Source of the DNA: Acidobacteriota bacterium
GTDB lineage: Bacteria > Acidobacteriota > UBA6911 > RPQK01 > JADFOI01
Length of the DNA stretch: 64,000 nt
Reading direction: 5' to 3'
NCBI GenBank assembly: GCA_963663035.1
Contig: OY760074.1
Span: 3,296,001-3,360,000 of the forward strand
Shown here: piece after piece, positions 37,016 to 46,439 of the stretch
How positions within the stretch are numbered: the first letter of the stretch is position 1
Layout of the letters: each line of letters begins with the position of its first letter
The notes under the pieces: model-generated
What the model was told of the DNA's origin: nothing
Database searches by the model: none
The model's input: only the letters and a program-made list of their open reading frames with translations
Program-made: the position numbers and the translations under genes

Positions 37016-38007
37016 GGTCCATCCTCCAACTGTTCGATGCTTTCATTGAGGATGGCCAGTTTCACCAAAAGCTCTTCCAGAACGCGGTAAAATTCGTCTT
37101 CTGGAAGCTGGTTCTTGCGAAACTTCAAGTCTTCGATTTCACGCTCGATCTCCACCTGCAGCGAAGCCAACTGTGCAGCTTCTGCGCTGCGGTACATTCG
37201 CTCGACGGATGGGGAGAGGTAGGCCATGGAGGCAAGAAGAGTGCCCTGGCTGCTTGGATCTCTCTCAAGGATGTTTTGCTTTTCCAGGCGAACCTGGCCG
37301 TGGTCTTCCAACATGGAGTGTTCTGTTTGAATCCGTCCCTTCTCTTCAAACCAGGCAGCTACCTTCTGATGGCTGAAGAGAAACGCTTCCAAGAGTGACA
37401 CCTTGTCGTCTTTATCCGTGTCGGCCTCCTCAGAGGTGACCGCTTCCATGAAGAAGGACATGAAGAGGGGAGGTTGTCTCTCCAATTCGTTTTTTGTAGC
37501 AGTGACGATAACCCTATTCTCTTGACTCAGCTGAGAGGCGAGGATACCGCTGGCGCTGGTGGCAGCGATCAGGTAAGTTCTCACGCCCCCCAGGGCGTCG
37601 AGAAAAGCTTTGATCTCCTCGTCAGTCAAGTCGGGTCCGGAGATATTGAACTTGTAGTGTCCGTTATCGTGGCTGGCGTGCCCAATCAAGAAAAGCCACA
37701 CCTCCCCAGAAGGTGGAGATGAGGAGACTTGATCAAAGAGTTGGAGTATGTCGCCTTTTTTTTGTTGTCGGCCATCGATGCGATAAACGATGCTCTCGAG
37801 TTCATCCCTGAAGAGCGCCTCTGTTTGACGAGCCCAGCTGAGAAAGTTCTCTTCATACTCGGGCATCCCCCCCAGCCCGGTGATGACAATGCACACCTTC
37901 TCACCCGGTGCATTCTTCTCACCCTGTGCAAATGCACAGGGTGAGAAGAGAGAGAAGTAGAGAAAGAGAGAAAGAGAGAAAAAGAGAGCGTGCTCAGCAC
38001 GAGTCAT
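37012..38007 (-). CDS. Exported hypothetical protein (caspase-like fold suspected)
   Basis: TAATG-coupled start at 38007. LFLIGHAS, FNISGPDL, RVIVTATK and an EF-hand-like ADTDKDDKVSLLEAF. Confidence 0.7.
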   Translation of the reverse strand: MTRAEHALFFSLSLFLYFSLFSPCAFAQGEKNAPGEKVCIVITGLGGMPEYEENFLSWARQTEALFRDELESIVYRIDGRQQKKGDILQLFDQVSSSPPSGEVWLFLIGHASHDNGHYKFNISGPDLTDEEIKAFLDALGGVRTYLIAATSASGILASQLSQENRVIVTATKNELERQPPLFMSFFMEAVTSEEADTDKDDKVSLLEAFLFSHQKVAAWFEEKGRIQTEHSMLEDHGQVRLEKQNILERDPSSQGTLLASMAYLSPSVERMYRSAEAAQLASLQVEIEREIEDLKFRKNQLPEDEFYRVLEELLVKLAILNESIEQLEDGP

Positions 38008-40322
38008 TAGATGAGACCCCGTCGCTTGCGAAGTATCCACTCACCAAAAAGCAAGGCCATGAGCAACAGGAGATTGAAGGGCATATCCCAGAGATCGAGC
38101 ACTTCGACTATGGATGTTTGAGATTCCGTATAAAGAATTTCTTCCGGCAAACTTTCCACATCGGATACCGTGTAATAGTTTCCACCCGTTTCCTGTGCCA
38201 GCTTTTCCAGAAAGTCCCTTTTCTGGAATGCCTCAAAATATTCCCGCGTCCCGGTGGAGGTCAGAAAGGAGGTCTTGGCTTGCGGAGGGCTCTCGTCTTC
38301 GCCAAAGGCACTGGACTCAACCTCAATTTCAACCACATAGAAACCGTCTTCCTGAGGCGCCAACTGGCCCCGATAGACTCCATCGTCCCGAGCGTCCCAC
38401 TGAAGGGGCAGCTCGAATGTTTCTCCGGAGGGAGAGGTGATAGTGGCCTGAACCCGAGCGTCATTGATTCGATTGAAAGCCTTGTCATTCACCTCGGCTC
38501 GAATATCGACGAGCTCGTTTTGTGAGTAGACCTCGCGCTTCGTTTCAAGGGTGATGGGATCCTTTGCAGAATTGACCAGCCAGCGCAGGATCTGTCTCCA
38601 AAACGTCTCGTGTTTCTGATCCTCGTGATCTTCAAGCATCTGCCAGCGCCAGCTGCTGCCGGTCAGCAGGGCTAAGGTGTGGCCGCGTCCGTATCGTTGA
38701 AAAACGACCAGCGGAACCTCCGGCAGGCTGGAATTCACACTCGAGAAGTCATCGACTCGGGCCAGAACCGTGGCCCCCGATTTGATCTCTCGGACAACAT
38801 TCCAATCCGTCAAAAACGGAACATCATCCCACTCCGAAATGCTCGGGTCTTCTGCCAACGAAAGCTGGAGCGCGGGATGCCGCAGGCCCTGCTCTGTCAA
38901 TTTCAACCTGCTTTCACCCTGGACATACACCGGCTCAGAGTCGACAGAATCTTCATCGCTGTCCTGCAGCCAGACTGGGAGTATTTCCTCAATGGGAGTA
39001 TTCTGATATCGACCGGCACCGAAGGAAGCACTGCCCCCCAGCATCATAAATCCGCCCCCTCGCTTCCCCACAAAATCGCGCACCAATTCCATCTGATGGT
39101 AGGAAAAGAAGGAGGACTCAACACTCCCAAAGATGATGCCCTGGTACTCGAAGAGCTCTTCTCTTTCAGCAGGAAAGCCGGTTGCCAGGGTGGTCTCTTC
39201 TTCTATTCCCTGGCGGAAAAATTTGTTCAGAGCTGTGCGCAGCAACGTGACCAGGCGGACATTTTTGTCTTCGCTCATAGCACGGCGAATAAATTTATAT
39301 TCCCAGCGCGGATGCCCTTCCACATAGAGAACCCGGGCAGCCAGGTTTTGGACCGCAATAATGGTGCTTCGAGAGTTATTCTCCTGGATCTCTTCGCCTT
39401 CCAGCGGCGCCAGGGAGAAGTTATAACTCCTTATTCCCTCCGACTTAGGTATGATCTTCACGTCAACGGTAAAGGTCTCGGAATCGCGCGGAAAGTGGAC
39501 TTCCTGTGTCTTTACCAGAGAGTTTCCCTCGCGAACTTCCAGCCGTCCGCGACTCCCACCGAAGCCGCTTTGCCGGAAAGTCACACGAGCAACTGAGATG
39601 GTCCCGGGTATGGAAACCCGGGGTGCACTGACGTGAGTGATCTCCACGTCCTGTTTCAGTGACTCGGGACCCAGACCGATGGTGTGAACGGGAATCTGGC
39701 GAGCCTTCAATTCAGTGAGAACTTCCTGCAAGTCCCGGTAGCTGTTGTCGGAGCCATCCGTGAAAAGGAGTATTCCGGCCAGGGGTAAATTCTTAGTCTC
39801 CGCCAATACCCCTTCCAATCCACTGACGATGTTGGTTTGGTCTCCCTGCCAATCCAGATCGAGAGACTCTTCGACTCTTTGAATCCGTGAGTCAAAACGG
39901 AAAAGTCGAACATAGAATCTCTCATCCAGTGCCTCCTGGAAGTCCGATTCCCCATTGAACAGTTCCAGTGCCGTCTGGCCTCTCGGTTGGTTCAGCTCGG
40001 TAGGAAGACCCATGCTCCGTGAATTATCGACCAGGACGGCCAGCAGGTTCTCTTTGGGAACCAGCCTCGAGAGGACAAGACCCGGCCTCATGGTCAACAG
40101 AAAGAGAAGGAGGAAGAAGCTGCAGCGAAGGGTCAAGAGGGTCCAGCCCGACTTACCCTTGAGATAGAGCAACCTGTGGCGATAGACCAGGAGAAGCAGG
40201 ACCGAAAGAGCTAGGATCATCAAGCCAACTGTCCAGTAGCTGAAGCCCCACTGAAAGGTGAACTCGCCCCTTTGAAAAAAGAATGGCCGGTATTTAAAAA
40301 GAAAGGTGAATAGACTTTCCAT
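38007..40322 (-). CDS. Membrane protein with vWA and class I glutamine amidotransferase-like domains
   Basis: DNSRSM, FTDGSDN, VLYVEGHPRWEYKFIRRA, GGGFMMLGG, WRWQM and C-terminal EWILRKRRGLI. Confidence 0.85.
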   Translation of the reverse strand: MESLFTFLFKYRPFFFQRGEFTFQWGFSYWTVGLMILALSVLLLLVYRHRLLYLKGKSGWTLLTLRCSFFLLLFLLTMRPGLVLSRLVPKENLLAVLVDNSRSMGLPTELNQPRGQTALELFNGESDFQEALDERFYVRLFRFDSRIQRVEESLDLDWQGDQTNIVSGLEGVLAETKNLPLAGILLFTDGSDNSYRDLQEVLTELKARQIPVHTIGLGPESLKQDVEITHVSAPRVSIPGTISVARVTFRQSGFGGSRGRLEVREGNSLVKTQEVHFPRDSETFTVDVKIIPKSEGIRSYNFSLAPLEGEEIQENNSRSTIIAVQNLAARVLYVEGHPRWEYKFIRRAMSEDKNVRLVTLLRTALNKFFRQGIEEETTLATGFPAEREELFEYQGIIFGSVESSFFSYHQMELVRDFVGKRGGGFMMLGGSASFGAGRYQNTPIEEILPVWLQDSDEDSVDSEPVYVQGESRLKLTEQGLRHPALQLSLAEDPSISEWDDVPFLTDWNVVREIKSGATVLARVDDFSSVNSSLPEVPLVVFQRYGRGHTLALLTGSSWRWQMLEDHEDQKHETFWRQILRWLVNSAKDPITLETKREVYSQNELVDIRAEVNDKAFNRINDARVQATITSPSGETFELPLQWDARDDGVYRGQLAPQEDGFYVVEIEVESSAFGEDESPPQAKTSFLTSTGTREYFEAFQKRDFLEKLAQETGGNYYTVSDVESLPEEILYTESQTSIVEVLDLWDMPFNLLLLMALLFGEWILRKRRGLI

Positions 40323-40400
40323 GGTTGATCCTGGCTACTTGGGCGGACACTAAGGTCCCTTCATCATATCAGGCTTTTCGGAAAAGATAGAACCGAATGG

Positions 40401-40440
40401 GGGAAATGTGGGGACAGAGTAGACTGTCCCCACATTTCCC
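40401..40440. repeat. Perfect 17-bp inverted repeat in divergent intergenic region
   Basis: GGGAAATGTGGGGACAG-AGTAGA-CTGTCCCCACATTTCCC. Confidence 0.85.
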
Positions 40441-40459
40441 TGCGATACTTGAGGGTCTA

Positions 40460-41794
40460 ATGCCGTCAACACCTCAGAACTCTCCCTTCGAATTTCGTGT
40501 GGCTCTGGCCGGACTGGGAACGGTCGGACAGGGTGTGGTACGACTTTTACAGGAAGAAGGTCCCCGTTATCGTGAAAGGTTCGGGATCGATTTACAGCTT
40601 GTATCGATCCTGGACAGGAGCTATCAACAAAAGGACACTTCCTGGATTTCGTCGCCTGTGAGGTGGAGCGAGTCGCTGGAAGATTTTCTGGAAACTCCTT
40701 CTGATATCGTCGTGGAACTGATTGGAGGTATGGATCCAGCCGATCAGATCATTCGTAATGGTCTGGAGCAGGGAAGAAGTGTCGTCACCGCCAACAAGCT
40801 GGTGATGGCCCGCTGTGGCCCCGACTATTTAGAGCTGGCGGCCCGAAAGAATTCCTATTTGGGCTTCGAAGCCTCCGTGGCGGGAGGCATCCCGATTATT
40901 CGAATGGTCAGTCATTCTCTTTTTCCCGACCGGGTCTCGCAGGTGCGAGGTATCCTCAATGGAACCTGTAACTTCATTCTTTCGGAGATGGCTGACGGTG
41001 GACGGGATTACCAGGATGCTCTGACCCAGGCTCAATCGCTGGGCTATGCGGAGGCCGATCCTGCCCTGGATGTGTCGGGGGGAGATGCCAGGGACAAGCT
41101 GGCCATCTTGAGCACCCTTTGTTTCCATACCGGCATTTGCCCCGATGAGATCCCAACCCAAGGCATCACCGAACTTGTGCCGGTTGACTTCCTCTATGCA
41201 CGGAGACTGGATTCGACCATCAAGCTGTTGGGTGTGGCTGCAAGACAGGGTGAGCATCTGTGTCTGCGTGTGAGCCCTTTCTTGATCGACAATCAACTTC
41301 CGCTGTCGAAGATCTCCGGAGTCCTCAATGCAGTGGAAGTCACGGGAGCTACGGTAGGGTCGGTCCTGATTAGCGGCAAAGGTGCTGGGGAGGGTCCAAC
41401 TGCCGTCTCAGTTTTGGCGGACATCTTAAATGCCGCAAGGTGGAAGAGAGACACCTCGCATGCACAGGCGGCAGCTGGGATGGAGGGTGACGCTGAAAGT
41501 GGGCAGTTTGACCAGATAGCGAGCTGTGGGGAGGATGAGCGCTATCCTTTTTATGTGCGCTTTATCGTAGAGGACCGACCGGGCATCACTGCCACCCTGA
41601 CCCATATCCTGGCTGAAAGGGAAATCAATATTGATCTGGTACTACAGGAAAGCTGGTCTGATCGCGGAAACCTTCCCTTTGTCATCACGGTCGAACCCAC
41701 GCTCTATTCCTCCATGCAAGAGGCGGTCGCTGAGATGAAGAAGCTGGATTTTAACCGCGTGGAACCTTTTGCTCTCCCCATGTTGAAGGAGTGA
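40460..41794 (+). CDS. hom: Homoserine dehydrogenase with ACT domain
   Basis: GLGTVGQG, VVTANK, FEASVAGGIPII, GILNGTCNFIL, GYAEADP and GKGAGEGPTA; ACT domain EDRPGI. Confidence 0.95.
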   Translation: MPSTPQNSPFEFRVALAGLGTVGQGVVRLLQEEGPRYRERFGIDLQLVSILDRSYQQKDTSWISSPVRWSESLEDFLETPSDIVVELIGGMDPADQIIRNGLEQGRSVVTANKLVMARCGPDYLELAARKNSYLGFEASVAGGIPIIRMVSHSLFPDRVSQVRGILNGTCNFILSEMADGGRDYQDALTQAQSLGYAEADPALDVSGGDARDKLAILSTLCFHTGICPDEIPTQGITELVPVDFLYARRLDSTIKLLGVAARQGEHLCLRVSPFLIDNQLPLSKISGVLNAVEVTGATVGSVLISGKGAGEGPTAVSVLADILNAARWKRDTSHAQAAAGMEGDAESGQFDQIASCGEDERYPFYVRFIVEDRPGITATLTHILAEREINIDLVLQESWSDRGNLPFVITVEPTLYSSMQEAVAEMKKLDFNRVEPFALPMLKE

Positions 41795-41814
41795 GTTATA
41801 ATTTCTCATTTCAT

Positions 41815-41887
41815 GGCGGTGTAGCTCAGTGGTCAGAGCAAGCGGCTCATATCCGCTGCGTCGGGGGTTCAAATCCCTCCACCGCCA
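41815..41887 (+). tRNA. tRNA-Met (CAT), elongator type, CCA not encoded
   Basis: GGCGGTG-TAGCTCAGTGGTCAGAGC-A-AGCGG-CTCATAT-CCGCT...GGTTCAAATCC-CTCCACCGCC-A. The 1:72 pair is intact, so it is not fMet. Ile2 cannot be formally excluded. Confidence 0.9.
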
Positions 41888-41933
41888 TAGCACTCCTTCA
41901 GCTTTCGAGAGCGTTACGGACTTCAGGATAACC

Positions 41934-42938
41934 ATGAAGCCATACTTCCGGCCCCGTCGTCTGCGCGAGAATCCGATCTTGAGAAGAATGGTCCGGGAGG
42001 CACGGCTCTCAGTTGATCAGCTGATTTATCCCGTTTTTGTGTGCGAGGGAAAGGGAATTCGAGAAGAGATCTCCTCCATGCCGGGTCAATTTCGTTTCTC
42101 CCCGGACATGCTGATGGAGGAATTGCGGTCTGTTCAGGAGCTCTCGATTCCAGCCGTCATCCTGTTTGGAATTCCCGCCCAGGAAAAGAAAGATCCCATG
42201 GGAAGCGCTGCTTATGCTCGAGACGGGGTTGTCTGTCAGGCTCTGGAGTTGGCCAGGAAAAATGTTCCAGATGTCCTTTTAATCGCTGATGTGTGTCTTT
42301 GTGAGTACACTGACCATGGACACTGTGGAATAGTCCGGGAAGGCCCTGAGACGGGTCAGGGAACAATCCAGAACGATGAGACTTTGGAACTCCTCGCCCG
42401 GACAGCGCTGGTCTATGCCAAAGCAGGGGCCCATGTGATCGCCCCTTCCGACATGATGGACGGCCGGGTTGGAGCCATTCGAGAGACTTTGGATGAACAG
42501 CAATTTGAGCATGTGCCCATTCTCTCCTACGCGGCCAAGTATGCATCTGCTTTTTATGGCCCTTTTCGAGAAGCGGTTGAGTCCGCTCCCAAGTTTGGGG
42601 ACCGGAAGAGCTACCAGATGGATCCAGCCAACTCTCGCGAAGCCTTAAAAGAGGTCGAACTGGATCTGGATGAGGGTGCTGACATCGTCATGGTCAAACC
42701 AGCCCTCCCCTATCTCGATGTCATCTTTCAGGTTCGGCAATTGACCACGGTCCCGGTGGCAGCCTATCAGGTGAGCGGAGAGTATTCCGCCTTGTGTGCG
42801 GCCTTCTCTCAAAATTGGCTGCACCGCGAATCAACCCTCGTGGAGAGCCTGCTGGCGATTCGCCGCGCTGGAGCCGATCTTCTGGTGACCTACTTCGCCA
42901 AGGAAGCGGCCCAATTAATGAAGAAGGGAGAGTTCTAG
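41934..42938 (+). CDS. hemB: Porphobilinogen synthase
   Basis: RPRRLR, DVCLCEYTDHGHCG, APSDMMDGR, YGPFREA, MVKPAL and YQVSGEY. Confidence 0.97.
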   Translation: MKPYFRPRRLRENPILRRMVREARLSVDQLIYPVFVCEGKGIREEISSMPGQFRFSPDMLMEELRSVQELSIPAVILFGIPAQEKKDPMGSAAYARDGVVCQALELARKNVPDVLLIADVCLCEYTDHGHCGIVREGPETGQGTIQNDETLELLARTALVYAKAGAHVIAPSDMMDGRVGAIRETLDEQQFEHVPILSYAAKYASAFYGPFREAVESAPKFGDRKSYQMDPANSREALKEVELDLDEGADIVMVKPALPYLDVIFQVRQLTTVPVAAYQVSGEYSALCAAFSQNWLHRESTLVESLLAIRRAGADLLVTYFAKEAAQLMKKGEF

Positions 42939-44577
42939 CCGCAATTATTCATAAGTTTGGGGTGAGTGTCGATTTTCTGCGGAAGTTCAGGGCTGAGAGT
43001 GTGTTCAGGTGCGATTACAAGGCGTCCAAGCTTGTTGAGCCGAATAGAGATGAAGCGAGAGCCCCTTCCGGAAACAGCTCGGCCCGCAGGGGGCTGTATA
43101 TCTGTGTTGGCGCAGGGAGTCAGGGGACCGTCAGGTGGGACACAGACGGTGCATCAGTAATGCGAAGAGCTTTTGTTCGGGATAAGACGATGCCAGGTGC
43201 ACCCAGATGCGACGAGAAGTTTCCCGAACCCGGGCACCGATTTTGAACAGGCGGCGGCGGAGCGTCTCAATCTCCAGGTTGTGCCAGGGAGTCCCGCACA
43301 GGTAATCCCGCAGGCGCAGGATTAAGACATAGGCCAGGGCGTGGATGAAGAGTCGGAACTGGTTGGCCAGGAAACGGTGGCAGCTCAAGCGATCCATGGC
43401 CAGATCTTTTTTGAAAGCTTTCACGAAGTTCTCGCACTGGCCCCGTCCGATGTAGTGGTCATACAGCTGCCCGGCCGTGAGATCCTGGCGGTTGGTGACC
43501 ACAAAGCGACGGTTGAACCCGCGCTCGCTCACTTCCACCTTGGCCACCATGCGCCGCTCCCGGTCCCAACTGTCGGCCTGATAGACGAGCTCGGTGAACT
43601 GGCGTTGCTTTTCTCCTGAGTCGTCATAGTCTGCTTGCACCTGCTCAACCAAGGGCTCGACGGTGGCCGCCAGCCGGGAGTTGCGGGCAAAGCCCACCAC
43701 ATACTGCAGTTTTTCCTCCTCACAGAACTCGTACAGTGCCGGCGTCGCAAAGCCACTGTCGGCTCGCACTTCGATCGGAACATCGGATCCCAGAACCTGG
43801 CGCATCCGGGCCACCACCCGTTTGAGAACCGCCACCGCGTGGGCGGCCGCCCCCTGGTTGCCGGGCCGCAGTAGCGCACATACCAGATCGCCCGTCTCGC
43901 CATCGAATAGCAGCAGCGGATGATACATGTGCTCGCGATAATAGCCGTGGTAAAAGCTGAACTCCTGCTGCCCATGCGTGACGTCATCCGTGCTGTCGAT
44001 GTCCAGGATGATCTTCTCGGGCCGGCTCTTCTTGCGGTGCTTCAAGTAGGTCTCCAGCAGCCACTGTCCCAGGCGAGTGAGATCCTTCGAGTCCACCGAG
44101 TTCTCCAGTCGCGACAGCGTGGGTTGAGAAGCCAGATCCGGATCGCTTTCCGGCAGCCGATCACACACGGTCTTGAAGATGGGATCCGAGCGCAAGCTGT
44201 CGGCATCGTTGCAGTCCTCATAGCCGGCCACGATCTGAAAGCTGCGCTGGGTGAGCAGTTCGCGAATCTGGTGGCGGACGTAGCGGCTATCTCGAGCGTC
44301 CTTCAGGCAGGAGGCAAAGCCAGCCGTCAGTCCGTGCTGTTGATCCAGGGCGTACAGACACAGCAGCCCGGCATCGGAGGAGAGCCGGCCTCCATCGAAT
44401 CGAGCCACCACTTTTCTGTCAGGGTGAGATGGCAAGTTGATCTGGCAGACTGATGCATCGCTGGGCCGTACCTTTTTGGTTTGGAGTTGTTTCATAACCC
44501 CTTTTATATCAAAGAGGTACGGCATCTTTTTGTGCCCTCGATCAGACCCCTTCTTCAGAATTTATGAATAATCCCGG
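42939..44577 (-). mobile_element. IS1380-family element, intact
   Basis: Terminal IRs CCGCAATTATTCATAA / CCGGGATTATTCATAA; CTAG duplicated at 42935-38 and 44578-81. Confidence 0.93.
43131..44495 (-). CDS. IS1380 DDE transposase
   Basis: FDGGRLSSDAG, GYEDCNDAD, ASQPTLSRLEN, DIDSTDD..HGQQE, RADSGF and YIGRGQCEN. Confidence 0.93.
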   Translation of the reverse strand: MKQLQTKKVRPSDASVCQINLPSHPDRKVVARFDGGRLSSDAGLLCLYALDQQHGLTAGFASCLKDARDSRYVRHQIRELLTQRSFQIVAGYEDCNDADSLRSDPIFKTVCDRLPESDPDLASQPTLSRLENSVDSKDLTRLGQWLLETYLKHRKKSRPEKIILDIDSTDDVTHGQQEFSFYHGYYREHMYHPLLLFDGETGDLVCALLRPGNQGAAAHAVAVLKRVVARMRQVLGSDVPIEVRADSGFATPALYEFCEEEKLQYVVGFARNSRLAATVEPLVEQVQADYDDSGEKQRQFTELVYQADSWDRERRMVAKVEVSERGFNRRFVVTNRQDLTAGQLYDHYIGRGQCENFVKAFKKDLAMDRLSCHRFLANQFRLFIHALAYVLILRLRDYLCGTPWHNLEIETLRRRLFKIGARVRETSRRIWVHLASSYPEQKLFALLMHRLCPT

Positions 44578-44587
44578 CTAGAGGGGC

Positions 44588-45100
44588 TTAGTTGGTTTGT
44601 CCCTGGACTCGCTGGTAGCTCGAGGTGAGTTCTCCATCGACCGTCTCCTCCACGTCCGTGAGAGGCCGGTCTTCAACGGTGGCAATCTCTGAGACGACCA
44701 ATTGACGGGCACGGTCGAACATTTTCTTTTCGCGAAAAGAAAGGCTTTTCTGAAAGCTCAGGAAAAAGAGTGTTTTCAGGACCTGAGCGACTTCAAAGAT
44801 CGATCCTGAGTTCATCTTCTCCACATTATCTTTATAGCGGTTTTTCCAGTCGGGGTTGTATTCGTCGAGATCCTCCTTGAGGATACGAAAAAGCTTCTTC
44901 ACCTGAGCGGGCTCGCAAAGTCTGCGAATTCCGACGTTCTCGGCATTGGAGATGGGGATCATCACCTTGGAGTTGTTGGACATGATCCGGAGCATGTAAT
45001 ATTTTTCTGACTGCCCGGCGATGTCCTTTATGGAGATTTCCTCAATAACCCCAACTCCCTGATTCGGGTAGATTACCTTCTCTCCAACTTTGTATTCCAT
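44588..45100 (-). CDS. carD: CarD/CdnL family transcription factor
   Basis: YKVGEKVIYPNQGVGVI, WKNRY and LSFREKKMFDRARQLVVSEI. Confidence 0.9.
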   Translation of the reverse strand: MEYKVGEKVIYPNQGVGVIEEISIKDIAGQSEKYYMLRIMSNNSKVMIPISNAENVGIRRLCEPAQVKKLFRILKEDLDEYNPDWKNRYKDNVEKMNSGSIFEVAQVLKTLFFLSFQKSLSFREKKMFDRARQLVVSEIATVEDRPLTDVEETVDGELTSSYQRVQGQTN

Positions 45101-45139
45101 GTAGCCTCCCAGAAATTGTCAAGTGAGCTGGGCTTTCTT

Positions 45140-45168
45140 ATTGTACGAGACGGCAGCCTTATTGTCAA
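45140..45168 (-). promoter_or_regulatory. sigma70 promoter of carD
   Basis: Minus strand TTGACA-17 nt-TACAAT. Confidence 0.7.
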
Positions 45169-45188
45169 AGCCGCACGAAGTCACCCAT

Positions 45189-46439
45189 TCACGAATCGGC
45201 GGAAAGCTTCTTCCGTACCAGATCGGAGAGATCGAACGCTTGGTGAATGGTTTGAATGGCACGATTCAATTGATCTTCCTGGATGATACAGGCGATCCGG
45301 ACCTCTGATGAACTGATGAGTTGGATGTTGATTTTTTCATCGGCCAGGGACTGAAACATGCGGGCGGCAACGCCGGGAGTACTGGCCACCCCGGAGCCAA
45401 TGACGGAGACCCGGGCAACACTGCTATCCACCAGAATCTCTTGGGCTCCTACTTCACTCTTCACTTTCTGCAAAATCTCCTGGCATTGTTGGCTGTCCTC
45501 CTGAGAGATGATCAGTGAGAAGTCATTGCCCTCATCATGCCGAATTCCCTGAATGATCAGCTGAATGCCGATGTCGGCATCAGCCAGAGTCTGAGAGATC
45601 TGAGCTGCCACGCCAGGAATATCCTTGACCCGGATCAGTGCAACACGGGCAATCCGGGCGTCACCTGTCACACCGGTGATCGCTACTTTTTCCAAAATTT
45701 CCTCCCTCATTACAGTTGTTCCTGGTCGATGAGTGAGGCTCGACCGTACCTCCAGGGGTATATCAAACTTACTGGCAATCTCAACACACCGCAGAGACAA
45801 GACGTCCGAGCCCGAAGCGGCAAATTCCAGCATCTCCTCGTAGCTAATAAAGTCCAGGAGACGGGCGTCCGAGACGATCCTGGGATTGGCCGTGAACACA
45901 CCGTCCACGTCCGTGTAGATCTCGCACACGGGAGATTTCAGTGCTGCAGCCAGGGCAGTTGCTGTGGTATCGGAGCCTCCCCGTCCCAAGGTGGTAATTT
46001 CTTGATCTGAAGTCACCCCCTGAAAGCCAGCTACGATGACGATGTTCCCTTCTTTCAGTAACTTCTGGATCTTATCTGTGGCGATATTCTGAATCCGAGC
46101 ACGAGCAAACTTCCCATCAGTCAAGATTCCACACTGAGCACCAGTCAGGGCGACGGCGTTGACTCCCAAGTCATGGACGGCCATGGCAAGCAAAGCGATC
46201 GACACCTGTTCACCAGTGGTGAGCAGCATGTCCAACTCCCTGCCTCGGGGTTTTTGGGTGACCTGTAAGGCCATCTCCAGCAACTGGTCCGTGGTCTTGG
46301 CCATGGCCGAGACCACGACCAACTGCGGTATTCCCCGTTGGTGGTCCGACACCAGCTCCCGGGCCACGTCACGGATGTACTCCACGGTCGCGACCGAGGT
46401 GCCGCCATACTTTCTCACCTTGACTGGCTGGTTGATCAT
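45189..46439 (-). CDS. lysC: Aspartate kinase
   Basis: KYGGTSV, VVSAM, LGRGGSDTTA, YTDVDGV and two ACT domains. Confidence 0.95.
   Translation of the reverse strand: MINQPVKVRKYGGTSVATVEYIRDVARELVSDHQRGIPQLVVVSAMAKTTDQLLEMALQVTQKPRGRELDMLLTTGEQVSIALLAMAVHDLGVNAVALTGAQCGILTDGKFARARIQNIATDKIQKLLKEGNIVIVAGFQGVTSDQEITTLGRGGSDTTATALAAALKSPVCEIYTDVDGVFTANPRIVSDARLLDFISYEEMLEFAASGSDVLSLRCVEIASKFDIPLEVRSSLTHRPGTTVMREEILEKVAITGVTGDARIARVALIRVKDIPGVAAQISQTLADADIGIQLIIQGIRHDEGNDFSLIISQEDSQQCQEILQKVKSEVGAQEILVDSSVARVSVIGSGVASTPGVAARMFQSLADEKINIQLISSSEVRIACIIQEDQLNRAIQTIHQAFDLSDLVRKKLSADS

Noticed and set aside
37945-37990. AG-rich low-complexity run
   Set aside because: It encodes the Phe/Ser/Leu-rich signal peptide of the 38007-37012 gene.
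41829-41933. Long N-terminal extensions given for hemB (also tilS 47887, pepF 6084, and the 18385 and 22075 ORFs)
   Set aside because: They overlap the tRNA, riboswitch, IS or other genes, or lie upstream of where family homology begins; downstream starts fit better.
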